A DNA stretch of 64,000 nt from Eledone cirrhosa (Eukaryota), in contig OZ024741.1 of assembly GCA_964016885.1 (NCBI GenBank), forward strand, positions 334,986,001 to 335,050,000. The letters are read 5' to 3'. Both the position numbers and the translations under genes were made by a program. Positions 1-15,490 of the stretch are shown here, one piece after another (within the stretch, counting starts at the first letter, position 1; each line of letters opens with the position of its first letter). Under the pieces are notes generated by a model, which saw only the letters and a program-made list of their open reading frames with translations, had not been told where the DNA came from and did not search any database.

Positions 1-120
1 ATTAGTTCATCTAATCTATAGCATTATATTGGCAGTTAATTCCCACTACTGTGCATGCCTCTTTTCTCTGTCCCATATCACTACGTCTGGTCTGTTATGT
101 TTGCATTTTATTAAGGTTTT

Positions 121-198
<78 letters not shown>

Positions 199-1512
199 CT
201 ATGTGTCTGTATGTATGTATGTACGTTTGTATCTATATATATATGTGTATGTATGTTTGAATGATTGTGTGTGTATGTATGTTTGTTTGTTTGTATGTAT
301 ACTTGTATGTATGAATGTGTGTGTGTGCATGTATGTATGTTTGTATAAAATTTAGATATATTTTAGCCAATATTGGTCCTGCCATCATCATCATCCTAGC
401 AGCAGCATGATGATGATCATCATCATTTGATGCCTATTTTTTTCATATGTAAATATACATACATAGATATATTCTTGTATAAATTTGATTATTTATTCAG
501 AAATATCTCATTAACAAGCAGAAGAGTTAAACGTAATTTGCAATACAAATCTAGCTTTCATAACTAATGCAAGATAAAAATGAAGAGGATAAGTCCTAAA
601 TGTGAGATATTCAAAGCCATGCAAATAATAATTAGATTTGATTTACCAAAATTAAGAATTAATAAAAGCATTTGATAAGAAAGACATGACAAAATGACAA
701 AAAAATAAGAGAATATCATTTTGTCTGGTGTCTTTGTAAGAAAAATATAAACTACATATTAAATGAGTAAAGAATCATTAACCCTGCATTTCTATTGGTA
801 TATACTTTTAAAAAGTAATATAGTTAATATGAAGCATACATACAGCTTAATATATGTTTCTTAAATAGAATGTTGTTAGAAGATTTTTTTAAATTTAAAT
901 AGGAAACCATTAAAATGGATGGTTTTGTATTTTACACCCTAATTCAATTAATTAGTAAAGAATTTTGTTGGATTTATTAAAATTATCATTTCATTCTTAG
1001 ACAGTAACTTAATGTATGGTTCTAATATAAAATCCTGTTGGATGATATTAATTTACATAAGAACCCTTTAAAATTAGTGGTTTTCTTTTACACTCTAATT
1101 TAATTAATTAATGAAGAATATTCAGAGCTTTACTAAAATTATGAATCATTTAATTTTTAGACAGTAACTTAATGTATATTTCTCATATAAAATTATGTTG
1201 GAAGATTTTAATATAAATAGAAATCTTTTAGAATTGTTGGTTTTATCTGTTTGGTATCAAAAGGGTTTAAAATATAAAGTTAAAATTGCTAAATGTGATT
1301 GTGAAATATATATAAAACCTATTTACACTTTATATATCTTGGGCTTGTAGCTCATAAATTCCTCCACAGCAAAACCAAACTTCCTGAAATTTTTGAACAC
1401 TGTGAAATTCAAACAAGTCTACACCCATAAATTTACTGAAGAAATAACATGGATTCAGTTTTCTGTGGTAAGTATTGTTGTTTTATTTCTAGAAAAGTTT
1501 TTAAAAAAATGA

Positions 1513-1547
<35 letters not shown>

Positions 1548-1552
1548 TGATT

Positions 1553-1915
1553 TCATTTATTGGCCACAAGGGCCGACATATAGGGGACAATACAAAAGAC
1601 TGGGACAGTGGGAGTTTACATAATAAAACATGTAAACAATATAAATAACAATAACAAAATAACAAGAAAAATACAACAAGAAAAATTCCCCAATAGGGGG
1701 GATGACCACCCAGAGTTCACTCATGTACTCCACCAATCCTGAACGACCTGACACTTTGAGAGCACCCAGGAAGAGCACCCCTCTCCTCCTCAAATTCACC
1801 CACCTACAGGCGCATGATCAGAGTAGGCCCACTCACGCGAGCCATTCTTGCCACATTCACTCACCTTTCAGCAAATGTACTAGGAGGCAGCACTTCTCTC
1901 TCCACCCTCACCTTG
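1553..1915 (-). mobile_element. Tx1-like 3' end, paralog of 61900-62270
   Basis: The reverse complement shares the ORF end and the CCCTTGTGGCCAATAAA 3' end, and lies next to (AAT)n at 1511-1545. Confidence 0.65.
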
Positions 1916-3256
1916 TGATTTAGGCACAAGGGTAGCAATTTTGTGGGGAGAGGAATATGGATTAAATCAACCTCAGTGTATTACTGGTACTATATTTTAT
2001 TGATCCTATAAGGATGAAAGGGAACGCTAACCTTGGCAGAATTTAAAGTCAGAATGTAAAGAGCCATAGCTATATACAGCAAAGCATTTTGCCTGGTGCT
2101 CTACCGATTACAGCTAATAATAATTCTTTGTTTCTAACATTGGCACAGTAACTAAAATGATTTTTAAGAAATTGTTGTTTCGTATGCCAGTTCTGATTGT
2201 TTTAGTTTTTATTTTACCAAAATTATTCCTTCTACATTGAAATATTCTATAAGTAATTTCCATGATATATTTTTAGCATTAGTTTATTTTATTAATTATA
2301 AATGGATATCGTAATGGGAATTATTTTTGAATTAAAGATATAAATTACATTTTTATCCAAATTACCTACCTAGAGTTCAACTTTCTATGTGTCTTATGTT
2401 AAAGAACAATCTCTACTTATAGAATACAGAGAGAGACTTTTACTCTATCTAGCTTTGTTGTTACTTAGGAGATAAATGATAGATAACTAAACTAGGAAGT
2501 CAGAAGATCTAAAACTGGATAACATGCAGTGATTAAAGATTATGACAAAGCCTTTTACAGGGCTAATGTAATACACTATGGTTATTAGAATAATCCGATA
2601 AAACGAAAATTTTTGTTTCTTCTTATAGATAGATTAAAATAGAAATAAAAGGGTAGGTTGGGGGTGGGTGGGTAAAGAGGAGGAAGAGAAGAGAAGAAGA
2701 GAAAATAACAGACAGAAGAAACTATATCCCTAATGACTTATTTACTGAAGGAGAAAGAAAGAATGGATAAAGCTTAGAAATTACTCACTGAGCTTTTCAC
2801 TAGAGCTAAATGTTACATTGAAATATATATATAAGTGATTTGCAAACAGAGAAAAGTATTTGCAGAAGATAATTACTTAGAATATATTCATTATTCAAGC
2901 CAGAATGTTTGATATGGAAGATCATACTTTATTCTATGCAGTTCAGCTACATTTATCAAATTTCCCATTGATATCAGCAGACAGAAACCACATTATCTAT
3001 ATTTACTTATTGTATTGCATTTTCATATTTTCCTGTGTTTAGCTTCGTTTTTTTTGTTTTTGTTTTTTTGCTGTTTTGGATGAATGAAAAAATACAAAAA
3101 CAAACAAATAGAAAAAAAGGAGTTTTCTTTGCAACTATGTGGTTCTGGGTTCAATCTCGTTGCATTCCATCTTGGGCAAGTGTCTCCTGCCATAGTCTCA
3201 GCTTGACGAATAATGTCTTGTAACCAAAGGGGGATGGGGGCTTTACCCTTTACCCT

Positions 3257-3298
<42 letters not shown>

Positions 3299-3326
3299 TA
3301 TATATATGTGTGTGTGTGTGTATATA

Positions 3327-3358
<32 letters not shown>

Positions 3359-6300
3359 CCATCATCATCAGTTTTGAAGGGTTTTTTTCCAGCACACCAT
3401 CTTTACACTTATTGCAGACCTTTGTTATCTCCTCTCTAAAAAGAAGTAGAAGTCATGCCATATGTCAGGATAATGCCCCTATGACTAACCTTTTTACAGA
3501 GTGTACTGGCTGCATTTTATCTGGGGTTGTTAACCCTTTTGACATCCTGAAAACCCGAAGCTGTGTTCCATCCTCTCAAAATGTTTGAGGATTTGGGTAT
3601 TTGTTTACATTTTTATTTGTTATTGTAAACAATTAATTAGTTCAGTATTTCACTCCAATTTGTGCAAACAGGGTAGATAAAGTTTAATATCCCACCTAGA
3701 ACATAGATGTTGTTTTAGTTTTATTTGTTTTTAATTTGATTGCTTAGTCAAAGGAGACTGGTTGGGAAAAGGACAGAAATTATACTCAGAAACCTAGCCA
3801 AAGTGGTTTCAATGTGGTAAAGTTTTCTAAAGACACCAGAGGCTCAAGGTGATGGGTTAAATCACAGAAATGCTCCATTTGATCGCCTTTTACATTGTCA
3901 CTGTCTACCAAATTTCACTCACAATCCTATCCTATCCTTGGTTGTCTAGAGAGCCACGTCAAGGCTTCACTCACAAGGCTTCAGTTTGATTGAAGACTTT
4001 TGCAGAAGATACATTATCACAATGTTGTGTAGTGACATTCATCAAGTGTAGAACTTTGTAGTGACAAAGTTAAGTTCTAAAATACACTTTAGTCATGCAG
4101 CTATACCCATAACGTGTTATCAATGATATTTGACAAGCTTACAACAAAACATATGAGTTTTACAAATTATATGTTCTTGGAGAAAAAATAGATTCTTTGA
4201 AGGAATTCGAACAACAAATCCTTATATTTAACTAAAAACCTTCCATCGTAATTTTATATTTTCAAAATTATTTAAAAATCATAGGCAGTGTTTTTCATTA
4301 GGAAGAATGTTAATGAAAGGGTTGAAGTGAAATACTGCACTTGGGAATTGAAAGAGAATAACCTAATCCTCATGAGTAAGTAAAGGGCCCTTAACTCGTG
4401 ATGGAATCCTAAGGGTTTGTCCTAACACAGAGCATGTATCAAGCTATTTGAGGCTATTGCAGAAGATACATTCTCATGATGTTGTGTAGTGACACTCATC
4501 AAGTGCAGAACTTTGTAGTGTCAAAGCTAAGTTCTTAAGCACACTGTAGCCATGCCTCTATACCCAAAACATACTACCAGTGGTATTTGACAAGCTTACA
4601 ATAGACGACAGAAGATATGAGTTTTACAAATTATATGTTCTTTGAGAAAAATAAATTCTTTGAAGAAATTTGAACAACAAATCTATTAAACATTTTATAG
4701 CATTTTGAAAATTATATTTATTCGCTAAAAGGATTATGCCTTCATAAAAAACAAACAACTGTAGCAATATCCAAGATAATTTTTATTTCTGAATGTAAGT
4801 TTGATTTACAACAAGGATAGAATTTCACTCCCAGCTGATGAAGCACTAACTGTTTCATAAGAAATATTTTCTTTTAACTTGTGTTTATTGGCTGTTTTCA
4901 TTATGAGAACTTAGGGAATTGTAACATCATAAAATAAAATCTATAAAAATGGCAATTATATTTTATCCGATGTTACTATTCCATTTTCATTATTTAAAGT
5001 TTGAAAACTCGCTCTACAAATTCTCCCATTGCTAATGACTCAGAAAAGCATGAACATTACAAAGTCACAATTATTTACATGTTTCATGTTTATATAATAA
5101 GTCATTGTGGAATTTTAATGTCTTATCAACAAAGTTTATGTAGTTTTGGAGGATTTGAAAAAAAAATTTTAATTGGACAAAATTTACATAATGTGACAAG
5201 CCATTTCCATTTCTTCAAGAAATCAGATATTCATCAAGGAATCATATTTATTCTTCCCTCACACTACTTCAATTGCTTTGTCTTTCTGGATCTGAGTAAC
5301 TCTCCCATTTTCAGAGATCCAATAGTAGGTCTTACTTTGTTATGGCCATTTTAAGATTTTTAACGCTGTACTTTTACCCATTTTATACCAAATCTTCTGA
5401 AACTGCCCCTGCTTTTATAATACAACTTTTTTTTATTTTAAAGTGTTTGTATTTATCTAAAGAAATTCCCATCCTAATTTACTGTGAGAACCTTTATTAA
5501 GTTATATTCCAAACACAAGCTTAATAATGGCAAAGTTAATTATATTAATAAATGCCTCTAAATTTTTGATTATTTTCAAATGATTTACAGTATCTATCAT
5601 TAGAAATATGGTAATGAAAGTGTTAATTGTTTATATTTAACTAAACATCTTCCAGCATAATATTATGTAAGAGCCTTTGTTAAGTTATGTTTCAAACACC
5701 AATTTAATAACAAGGAAGTAAATTGTATTACTAAATCCCTCCAAATTCTTGATTATTTTCAAAATCATTTGAAAATCATAGGCAGTGTTTTTCATTAGGA
5801 GTATGCTAATAAAAGGGTTCAAGTGAAATATTGCACTTTGTAATTGAAAATGAATTGCAAACTATGTTCATTGAAAGAGAATAACCTAATCTAATGAGTA
5901 AGTAAAGGACCCTTAACTCCTGATGGAATCATAAGGGTGCTGTTCTACTATTTAGCAGGTATTGGGTATTATAAACCTGGTGAAGCCCATCCCTCTCCAG
6001 GATGGAACACAGCTGATTTCTTCTAGAGAGAGGAAGTATTGACCCCAATACTTGATTGATACTTTATTTATTGACCTTGGAAGGATGAGAGACAAAGTTG
6101 TGCTTCGCAGGAGTTGAGCTCAGAATGCAGTAAGCTGGGAGAAATACCAAGGCATTTACAATTTATTGCCTTAATCAATCCCAGGCATTGTCATAAAAAT
6201 TACAAACATTACATGTTGAAAAAGGCAGTGAAATGACAGAGTCATAAAGTTGGATAGATTGATTTGCAGTATTTGTTTTGGCTTTCTGTTCTCTGAGACC

Positions 6301-6620
6301 AAATCCTGCTGAGGTCAACTTTGCCTTTCATTCATTCAAGGTCGATAACGATGTACCAGTCAAATACTAGGGTCGATTCTTCTTCTATATCTCTTTTTCA
6401 CTTCCATTCTCTCACTCTCTCTATTCTTCTCTAGAATAAATCTGTTGTATTCAGACCTGGAGAGGACTGGGTTTTGCGAGGTTTAAAAATTCCTTAGAAA
6501 CGCTGTATGCCAATACGGTGCCCTTACAACTCCTTCAAGAGTTGCAGGACCATGCATGCCATGCTTTATTTTGAAATGAAGAATGCAAAAGCCACTGCTA
6601 TCAAAGTTTAGACTAAAGCA

Positions 6621-6800
6621 ATAATTGTTTCTACTTTTGGCACAAGGCCAGCCATTACCCAGTGCATTACTGGTACTTTATTTTATCGACCCCGTAAGGA
6701 TGAAAGGCAAAGTCAACCTCGGCGGGATTTGAACTTGGATCGTAAAGGGACGTAACTATGCTGGAAAGCATGGCGTCCGACCCTCTACCGATACTGCCAA
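6621..6800 (-). mobile_element. SINE family A
   Basis: Reverse complement of the 39088 consensus. Confidence 0.87.
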
Positions 6801-7560
6801 ACCAAGAAATACAAATATCTTTGCTAATATTTTATTTTATTTTCTGTGGGTTGTTGAAGTTTGCAAATATATTATGGTACCAAATTTCTAGGAGAGCAAG
6901 ATTTAATCTATATCATTATATTCATATCCAGACATATATATGTGTGTGTATATATATGTATATATATATATGTCCCACCCTTGCAAGCAGGGAAAATCAG
7001 ACGTAAAAATGATGATATATATATATATATACACACACACACATAAATTTGTTGTCAAAACCACAAGAGCTCAGTCTTCAGGCATTGATCCTGAACAATA
7101 CCTATACTCTACCTTCCCAAGTATTGAGTACTTAGCTAAACTACAGTCTAAACTGGTAACTCCTAATATATATTTATGTGTGTGTGTGTACATATGACTG
7201 AATTGCAGCTTTATCTTTAGTGAATAATATATGTGTATATATATATATATATGACTAGCTTGATTCCATGTTTGACATCAAGCAAATAACAATTCTATCA
7301 AGGATTGTTGTTGTTGTTATTGATGCTGTGTTGTTTTTTCTTCTTCAAGACCATATACAATAAAACTGCAAAACCAATTCCAATGGTTACCTGTACAAAT
7401 ATGGCTGCCATATAAGGTTATACCCCATTAACAATTCTAGATTGTTCATAGAAATATTGCCAATTCTAAAATCATAACTAAATAGTTTTCTACATTCCGG
7501 CTTTTCTAATGGAACAGAATAATAGAAAATGTATAAATCTCTGTAAACTGTAGGTCACTC

Positions 7561-7666
7561 TGCTGCTGCTGCTGATGGTGGTGGTAGTGGTGGTGGTGGT
7601 GATGGCGGTGATGGTGCTTCTTCTTCTTCTTCTTCTTCTTCTTCTTCTTCTTCTTCTTCTCACCAT

Positions 7667-7723
<57 letters not shown>

Positions 7724-7775
7724 CATCATCACCTTACTACTACTATTACTACTACTACTACCACCACCATCACCT

Positions 7776-7817
<42 letters not shown>

Positions 7818-7890
7818 CACCTCTACTACCACTACTTCTTGCACCACCACCATCACCACTTTACCAGCACCACCACCACCAACACCACTT
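7561..7890. repeat. Compound trinucleotide tract (CTG/GGT/CTT/CTA/CCA)
   Basis: Directly visible in the sequence. Confidence 0.95.
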
Positions 7891-9922
7891 TATATATAGT
7901 GAAATCTGGTTTCGTTTTTGCCATTTACAATTGGAGATAGCAAATAATATACTTAGTGGTGGAGTTAGTTGTCTGCGGAGAAATAAACATCATTATTCCG
8001 ACCATACACATTGAATTCATTTTCCAAAGATTTCTACCAGGAATCAAATTATCATTTCCAACACCACACAATCAGCATAAAAAACATCAATTATTCTTCT
8101 TTATACAGTATTTATTATATTATATTATATTATATCGTATTGTGTTGTGTTGTAGAACTTAAAGAAAGAAAAAAAAAACATTTTTCAGGGAATAGAAAAT
8201 AATTAGAAAAATAAACAGTAGCAATAAAAATAAATAAAACAAGTAGGAACCGAATTTGGTAGAAAAATAAAGCCAAAGAACAAAAACAAAAAGAACATTG
8301 GTATAATGTTATATGTATTAAAAAAATAAAAAATACCCCCCCCCCAAAAAAAAAAAAACCATTCATAATGTTATATACGAAAAAAATAATAAAATAAAGA
8401 ATGAAAAAATTAACATTTCATTATTGTTCGATAAAATTTGCAAAGATGTCTGCTTTCAATGTTCATTGAAAGTCAATTAAAGGAATATATAAGAAGATTA
8501 TGGATGGGAATGTTTGAAGGAAAATACAATAGAGATAGATATTTAGCTTTGAATAGTTTTCCTCTTCTCTCATTGAAATTTTTGTTACATAGAAATAATT
8601 TCAGCTGCATTCATTCATTCGCTGCTTAATTACATTAATGTATACTCTCATATATTTTCTAATTAGTTGATATTATTTATAAAAGTGGAAATTCTCCGTC
8701 AGCCCTCCCACCCACTCCTACACAACTCATCTCCTCTTCCCGATAAAAAAAAATTCAATAAAATGTAACAAAAAAAATATTGAAAAAATAAATAAATATA
8801 TAAATATGTCAGCCCTCCAACCCCACCCATCACCACCTCCTTCATTCCCCGATAAAAAATAAATAAAATGTAACAAAAAAAAAGTAGTGAAAATAAATAT
8901 GTAAATATATAAATATATATGAAGAAGAATCTTCATTTTTAATTTATGAAAAATATAATATAATAAGATAATAATAACAAACATTAAAATTCCAAAATAA
9001 ATGTGACAGAACATATGAATAATTTTGCAAATTAACGAAGTGAGATTAATAAATATGATTAAAAAAAATAAATATAATCAATATATATATGTGTGAATAG
9101 ATGTGTATGTATATATGTAAATATGCACATATATATATAAAGATACATATATGTATATAAAAACAAATATGCGTATGCGTTGTTGATGTATATCATGCGT
9201 ATATATACATATATATGTATGTATGTATGTATGTAAGTACACACATACATATATATAAAAATACATATATAATTTTATATATATATAAATATATGTATAT
9301 ATATATATAGAGAGAGAGAGAGACAGATAGATAGATAGATATACATATACAAATATATACATACACACATATATATATACATACAGACACACATACATGC
9401 AAATATATAAATATATATAAATATATGGTGTTATTTTTTTAATATTTATTATTGATTATCGATTTTAGTGTATGAATCTTTATTTCATAAGACATTACTT
9501 ATAGAAATAAAACCGTTTATTCTGTGTTGATAATATTCTAGTATATTCAATGAAATATTTTCTCCCATTTTGCTGCTGCTGGACTTATTCCACAGACCCT
9601 CCCACATTCTGTATATCTTTTTAAAAGCTTGCATATCATTTTTATTTTGTCACACACACAAAAACTTCTATTTAAAAAACACCACACACACATATTATAT
9701 ATATATATATATCAGATAGGGTGTGGTAAAAACCAGGTAGACCACCTGTCAAAACAGCCAGAGCTCAGCCTTCGGGGTCCTGAATCTTTTCATATATATA
9801 TATATGCATATATTTACATATGTATCTATGTATATATAAATCTATATGTAAATCTACCTATATATATATATATGTATGTATACATATAACATTTCTCTCT
9901 CTCTCTATATATATATATATAC

Positions 9923-10008
<86 letters not shown>

Positions 10009-10340
10009 CATTTATATTTATGTATATACATATATCTGTGTGTGTATACATACAGGCACACACCAACTCAAACACATGCTAACAAAAAGTAGAATTAGAA
10101 TTTATTTCATTTCCATAATTTTCCAGTTTTTTGTTTTATGTTTATCTCTTTATTTTTTGTTAAAATATAAATTCCCTTAATTTATTCTAATTGTTTTATA
10201 TTTTTTTAAATTCGTTTACAATTTAAAGGGAAAAACATTATTGTGATTATGTTGTAAGAGAGAGCTACTTCTATATTTGTATCTGTGTGTCTGTATATGT
10301 TCATATATGTGTATGTCAGTGTGCTTTTTGTGTGTGTTGA

Positions 10341-10407
<67 letters not shown>

Positions 10408-13400
10408 TGGTACATGTATGTGTGAAGTAATAAACAGGTCGTGGGATCTAATTGCAAGTGAAATAAACTAATTTGAGGAAAAAATAAACTGGTAAATCAA
10501 TAAAGCATGTTCTATATATGTATATATATGTTTACATATCTACTATGTGTATATATAGGTGTCTGTGTTATATATATATATATATAAAACAGACACCCAC
10601 ATATACACACTGTAGATATATAAACATATATACACACACACATATATATATATATTGTGTTTTTATGTGAATGTATATGTGTGTGTATGTAGGCATATGT
10701 CTACATGTATCCCTATCAGTGGATATACCTGTGTATGTTTGTATGTATATATGTGTCCATGTGTATATAATAGTATGTGAATGTGTGTGAAAGCTTGTGT
10801 GAAAGCTTGTGACTGTTGGAGTGCTTAGATGATGGTCATAAAGTCAAGAGTTAAATTTCTAGCAGTGTGTTGTGTCCTTAAGCAAGACACTTTATTTTGT
10901 GTTGCCTCAGTCAACTAATCTGAAAAACAAGAGTTGTACCTGTAATTCTATAGACCAGACTTGTCACACACTAGATCATGCTTCCTTTTCCTGAAAACTA
11001 CCTTAAGGGTATATTTCTGTGGAATACTCAGCCATTTGCACATTAATTTCATGTGCAAGCTGTTCTATCATTCAAACGACTGTAACACTGATCATTGGAG
11101 CCAATGCAGGTCCAATACATGTGTGTTTGTGTGTATGTGTGTGTATTGTCCAACATGTGTTTATATGTGTGTGAGTGTGGTTCAACAATTGTGAATATAT
11201 ATATATGTGTGCATGCGTGTATGGATTGGTAGAATTGTTAAAGTGTAGGATTGGATGCATTGCAGTATTTGTTCCAGCTCTGATTATTCTGTGCATGCTG
11301 AGTTCAAATCCCACCTCCTATCTCTGGAAAAACGGCAACTGTTCTTGTAGGAGTTGTGACTGAGAGATATTTTCAGCAGTCAAAAGACCAATGGAAAAAT
11401 TATTTCCTTGAAAATATATATTATTTAATGGTAATTTAAACAGCATATATAATTTATCATGTTCATTGATTTAATGGATAATGTGTCAGATTAGTAAAGA
11501 AATATTCATGAGATCAAGTCTTGCCTCAGCCTTTGTGTATTGTGTGTTTTGGAGCAACCTATAATTTTGCTTACTCCAGTTTACAAAGCTAATGCATGCA
11601 TGGTCCCATTATTCCTAGGGGAGTCGTAGGGGTGTTGTATTGACATTCAGTCTTTCTTGAGCACTTTTAAACCTGGCAGATCTCTATACAGCAGATTTCT
11701 TCCAGAGAAGGATAGAGAGTGAGAGAATTAATGGAAGAAAGAGGTATAGAGGAAGAATCAACCCCAGTACTAGATAGGTACTTTTTTTATTGATCTGAAA
11801 TGGATGAAAGGCAAAGCTGATCTCAGCGGGATTTGAATTCAAAGAGTAGAGAGCTGAAATGAATACTACAAAGCATTCTATCTGACATTCTAATGGTGGT
11901 TTTGCCATTTCGCTGCCTAGCTAATGAAAATCTACTAAACCAATGAAGAAGCTACAAAAAATAGCAGCTAGATCTCCCTCATATTGCACCTTGCTATCTT
12001 TACAGTGTTAGTGTATCAAGGAATACATTTTATGATACCCTATGTAATATAGAATAGATGAATATAGCTAAACTATCAAATTACATCTGGTATCTGAAAG
12101 AACATGCTACTGCATTTGATATCAAGTGGAAAATGCTCAATTGATACAGATTATGCAAAAATATTCCAAAATGTTGTAGATTATACATCGCTGCAAAAAT
12201 GCTTGCATTCAACAAATTTAATAAATCCACACACATTTTAAGAATTAGAGCAGATATATCTTTAACAAATGCCACCTTCAAGATAAATATCTATAAACAC
12301 TTTTGAAACCAATCCACTCAAAACTGCCTTTGCTTCTATGAAACAAACCTATCCATTTTAAAGGGTTCCTGCTTAAATTAAAACTTTCCAACATAATTTT
12401 ATATAACTACATTTTGTTATGTTACAAATATCATCTTAATGAAATTATAATTTTCATAAATCTTTCTGAAATTCTTTATTAATTAAAGAAAGCATATATG
12501 TTTAGTAAACAGCAAGCGGAATTTGAAAATTGAATTAGATCTCTCCTTAACTTTGACTAAATGAAATAGTCTAAAAATAACAGGGTTTATAAGCCCACTG
12601 AATGAAAAAAAAAAGGTGCCAACGTTTTACAAGAACCATGTGTTAAGTTACTATCTTAGTAAGGAAAAAATTAATAATTTTAGTAAATCTCACCAAATTT
12701 TTCATTAACTTTTGATACCAACATAGCTAAAACTGGCCTTGTTTCTAAGAAACAAAACAACCAATTTTAAAAGGTTGTTCTTTAAATACAACTCTTCCAA
12801 CATAATTCTTTATAAGAACAATGTGTTAAGTTACTGTCTTGGTAATAAAATAATTTGTAATTTCAATAAATCATTAATTAATTGAAATAGATTATTTCAT
12901 TATAAATATGATAATGAAAGGATTAATGCAATATCATATATATTCACAAAAAATACTAATTCATATGTGTTGCTGAAGGTGCATGGCTTAGTGGTTACAT
13001 AATTGGATTCCCAATCATGAGGTTGCAAGTTCAATTCCCGGACCTGGCGATGTATTATGTCATTGAGCAAGACACATTATTTCACATTGTTCTTTCTGCC
13101 AGGGGTTGCAACCCTTAGATAGTATCAGCAATGGGAAAAACCAATGAAAACATTGTTTCTTTGGTGCAATTTGACAAGTTCCACTCTACTCCGTAAACAA
13201 ATGAAGTCTTGGATCTTGTCGATTGATTCCTAAATATGTTGTTGATATTTGAGTAAGAGATTAAGATTTTATTTATCTGATGCTTGTTCAGCATCTCCTG
13301 CTATGAAATCCTGTATCATGAGGCATTATCATTAATGCACTATATCGTTCAATATATTTAACACTACCACATGTGCTGCACACTATAATTATGTTTGTGT

Positions 13401-13424
13401 AAGCATCTACTATCTATTATGTAT

Positions 13425-13606
13425 TTGGCAGTATTGGTAGAGGATCGGACGCCATGCTTTGACACATAGAGTTATGGCCCTTACCATTCTGAGTTCAAAT
13501 CCCGCCGAGGTTAACTTTGCCTTTCATCCTTACAGGGTCGATAAAATAAAGTACCAGTAATGTACTGGGTAATTGCTGACCTTGTGCCAAACGTAGAAAC
13601 AATTAT
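13425..13606 (+). mobile_element. SINE family A
   Basis: Matches the 39088 consensus. Confidence 0.87.
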
Positions 13607-13789
13607 GTATTATATATATGGTTTTCAGAAGAGGAACTGAAAAGAATGATTAAATAAGGCACCTAATTAACCAATAAATAAGTTGAGAAGGTAAAAATTT
13701 ATTTCAGGTACAAAAACTTCTGCAGGAATTGAATCGTTTCATTTATTTGAAATCATATATTAGTTCTGTAGAAATTGCTTTTAATAATT

Positions 13790-15490
13790 AATCGACCAGG
13801 TCATGAAGGTCACGGAAAAAGTAATAGCGCAACTAATCAGAGAGAGAATTGACCTAGATGAAATGCAGTTCGGGTTTGTGTCAGGCAAAAGTACCACAGA
13901 CGCTCTTTTCATAGTACGACAACTACAGGAGAAGTACCTAAGTAAAGGTAAACCCCTCTACTTAGCTTTTGTCGACTTGGAGAAAGCCTTCGACAGAGTC
14001 CCCCGCTCCATTATCTGGTGGGTTCTTAGAAAACTAGGCGTTGACGAATGGCTTGTGAGGGCTATACAAGCCATGTATAAAGAAACAGTCAGCAAGGTTA
14101 GAATTAACAACGAATATAGTGAAGAGTTTAGCGTAAAAGTTGGCGTCCATCAGGGCTCTGTTCTCAGCCCCCTACTATTTATTATTGCTCTTCAGGCTAT
14201 AACAGAGGAGTTCAAGACAGGCTGCCCATGGGAACTCCTATACGCAGACGACCTGACACTCATAGCGGAATCAATGGCCGAGCTAGAGAAGAAATTCCAA
14301 ACATGGAAGCACGGCTTAGAGTCAAAAGGACTTAAAATTAACCTGGCTAAGACCAAAGTTCTAGTTTGTAGGAAAGAAAACAAGGCGGCGGTCCCTTCTG
14401 GGAAATTGTCGTGCTCGGTGTGTAGGAAAGGCGTAGGTAGAAACTCCATTTTATGTCCTAAATGCAAAGTATGGGTGCATAAAAGATGTAGTGGGATCAC
14501 AGGTAAGCTAACTAAGAACATAGATTTTACATGTGGCCGGTGTTCTGGTGCAATAAGTAGCAGCAAGTGCCCACAAAATACTAGCTCTTTCAATTGCGCA
14601 GAGGGTTCTATAGAAATAGTGGACAGCTTCCGTTACCTGGGCGATAAAATCAGCAGTGGGGGAGGGTGCTCTGAAAGTACTGTAGCTAGAGTCAGAACTG
14701 GTTGGAAAAAGTTCAGAGAGCTTATACCACTATTAGCTGCTAAAGGGTTCTCCCTAAAAATGAAAGGCAGGTTGTACGATGCCTGCATACGAACCGGCAA
14801 AGCATAAACGAACTAAGGAAAAAATTAGAGATAAGAGGGATCAGATGTTGTTTACTCGAGAGAAGGCTACGTTGGTATGGACACATGATGCGCATGAAAG
14901 TCGATAGCTGTATAACAAAGTGCAGGGCAATAAAGATAGACGGTAGCCACGGAATAGGCAGACCTAGAAAAACCTGGGATGAGCTGATAAACTCCGACCT
15001 CACACACTTACACCTCTCCAAGACAATGTCACTGGACCGAGACCTTTGGCGGTACTCAGTAACAGAGAAGACCCGCCTTACCTAAATATATAGTAAAACC
15101 TACTCCAGCCAGTAGGCATCTCTAACAAAATACACCCCGTCCCACCACCACCACCCCCACCCCATCCACACCACCCCGTTCTATGTAAAGTTATGTTGGT
15201 GCCGCGCCATCCAGGCCGAAACAAATGAGATCGTGTAGGTGTCACGACAAAAAAACACACAGTCCACGCTGTAATGTGGCCGCATAGGCAACACGGTAAA
15301 AACCTCCCAGACCCACACTGTAAATGCGGTTGGTGTTAGGAAGGGCATCCAACTGTAGAAAACCTGCCAGACAGTCCTATGCGAGCAAGACAATCATTCT
15401 TGCCTCAAGTGGGACTACCCCTGTCCAAACCCATGCAAGCGTGGAACACGGACGTTAAACGTTGATGATGATGATGATGATGATGATGTA
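13790..15490 (+). mobile_element. RTE-clade LINE, 5'-truncated
   Basis: ORF 13803-14807 has QFGF, FVDLEKAFDRV, GVHQGSVLSPLLF and LYADDL plus a Cys/His finger. The C-terminus follows after an internal deletion near 14795, and the 3' UTR ends in (GAT)n. Confidence 0.93.

Noticed and set aside
4830-4872. CTGATGA-AGCA...TGTT...GAAATATT (similar weak cases at 13272-13322, 21150-21180, 39452-39475, 55105-55150)
   Set aside because: Core boxes are incomplete or helices are not adjacent to the core. They may be very old remnants but cannot be supported as ribozymes.
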